NCBI RefSeq assembly: GCF_006345805.1
Contig: NW_021832004.1
Span: 1-64,000 of the forward strand
DNA from: Octopus sinensis
Lineage: Eukaryota
Reading direction: 5' to 3'
DNA length: 64,000 nt
Shown: in pieces, positions 63,130 through 64,000 of the stretch
How the letters are laid out: the number at the start of each line of letters is the position of its first letter
How positions within the stretch are numbered: the first letter of the stretch is position 1
Notes under the pieces: model-generated
What the model saw: only the letters and a program-made list of their open reading frames with translations
The model's database searches: none
What the model was told of the DNA's origin: nothing
Made by a program: the position numbers and the translations under genes

Positions 63130-64000
63130 ACTTTAATGGAATTCACCCAAAAATTACTTCTCCATGAAATGTGAGCAAGTCTTCAACGGATCACGTTTGC
63201 TAATTATAATTATATAAGATAAAATGTGTGTTTCTTTGTGAATAAAATCAATTTAATTCAGTTATTCTTTTGTTGATTAATTTTAATTGCTAACGTTTTT
63301 CGTTCTAAATTAGTCTTATCTTAGAACGTGATTGCTAATTTGAGTTTTAGCTCTGGTCTCTCGGAAACTATTTTAAGCTGGCTGATCTAAACTGCTTTTA
63401 TTAAGGATTATAAAGCGAAATTAAAATAAGAATCTTTTCTTTTTCTCTATGGACGAAAGTTTGTGTTTCAGCAACTTATTTGCAACTTATTAGTACAGGT
63501 TAAACGAAGAATAGGTTAAACCAAAACACGAAATCAATTATACGGAAAACGAAATCTAATAGAAATTTGATCGTAAACTCAGAAGCCCCACGATTTCTTT
63601 CAGGTTATCGAAAAGTTAAAATAGTTTTTTGCTGTGAAAAACATAAATTGCAATGCTGACCATACATGTCGTAAAATGTTCCTTTTGTTTTCATTTGTTT
63701 AGTTTTAGATTAATATTGGATTCTTTGTTAATAGTTTCTTGAAGTGGACATTGTGTTGCAATTCTTTATGGATTGGTGAGATCGATACGGTTAATGCTTA
63801 GTTTGAAGATTTGTGTGTCGACATCTGTTGGGAAAATTGGATCAGGGATTGCATTTCAGGCGATTAATGTTCTGGAGCAGTGGAGACCCAATCGCTGTGT
63901 TGTAGCCCAGTCAGCATTAGTTTTAAAAAAGCACGGGCAAAATTTTAAATAAATAATAATTTGACTTTTGATTTAATAAATGAAATTTGAAATCAACTTC

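Larger units (their letters stand above)
61560..63200 (+). repeat. Tandem duplication containing exons C1 and C2
   Basis: 61,905-62,440 aligns to 62,675-63,200 (e.g. 'gtcatacatgcta...aataaaatcgatctatcgaatcaatag'). The outer boundary is approximate. Confidence 0.85.

Overview
Eukaryotic, gene-poor and repeat-saturated DNA, most likely from an octopus or other cephalopod (judged from recognised SINE heads and tails and the dense TA/TATC/TATG/TTA microsatellites). Positions 1-~10,530 and ~40,425-~57,075 are diverged inverted copies of each other, separated by a ~30 kb spacer of transposon remnants. Each arm carries phase-1 cassette exons that each encode one PAN/Apple domain (exon B, exon A). 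The right arm continues into two tandem stop-containing PAN exons (C1, C2). Paralogous exons differ mostly at amino-acid-changing sites with the core cysteines kept, and the two arms carry reciprocal frameshifts. The rest is retroelements: Tx1/L1-clade LINEs (one full-length, 5.1 kb), R4/Dong-like RLE fragments, an RTE LINE, a near-intact Penelope-like element followed by two 235-nt-spaced hammerhead motifs, a Gypsy RT remnant, a DD37D-type Tc1/mariner remnant, a MITE and tRNA-derived SINEs. The strongest candidate for a new system is a Tx1 LINE/SINE pair. The LINE shares a 3' stem-loop tail with the SINE and is inserted at the same 12-bp site inside the SINE (GTATTTCGTCTG) at which SINE bodies repeat as 184-bp arrays. 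Most short ORFs in the supplied track are microsatellite or antisense artefacts. All alignments and counts were done by eye.
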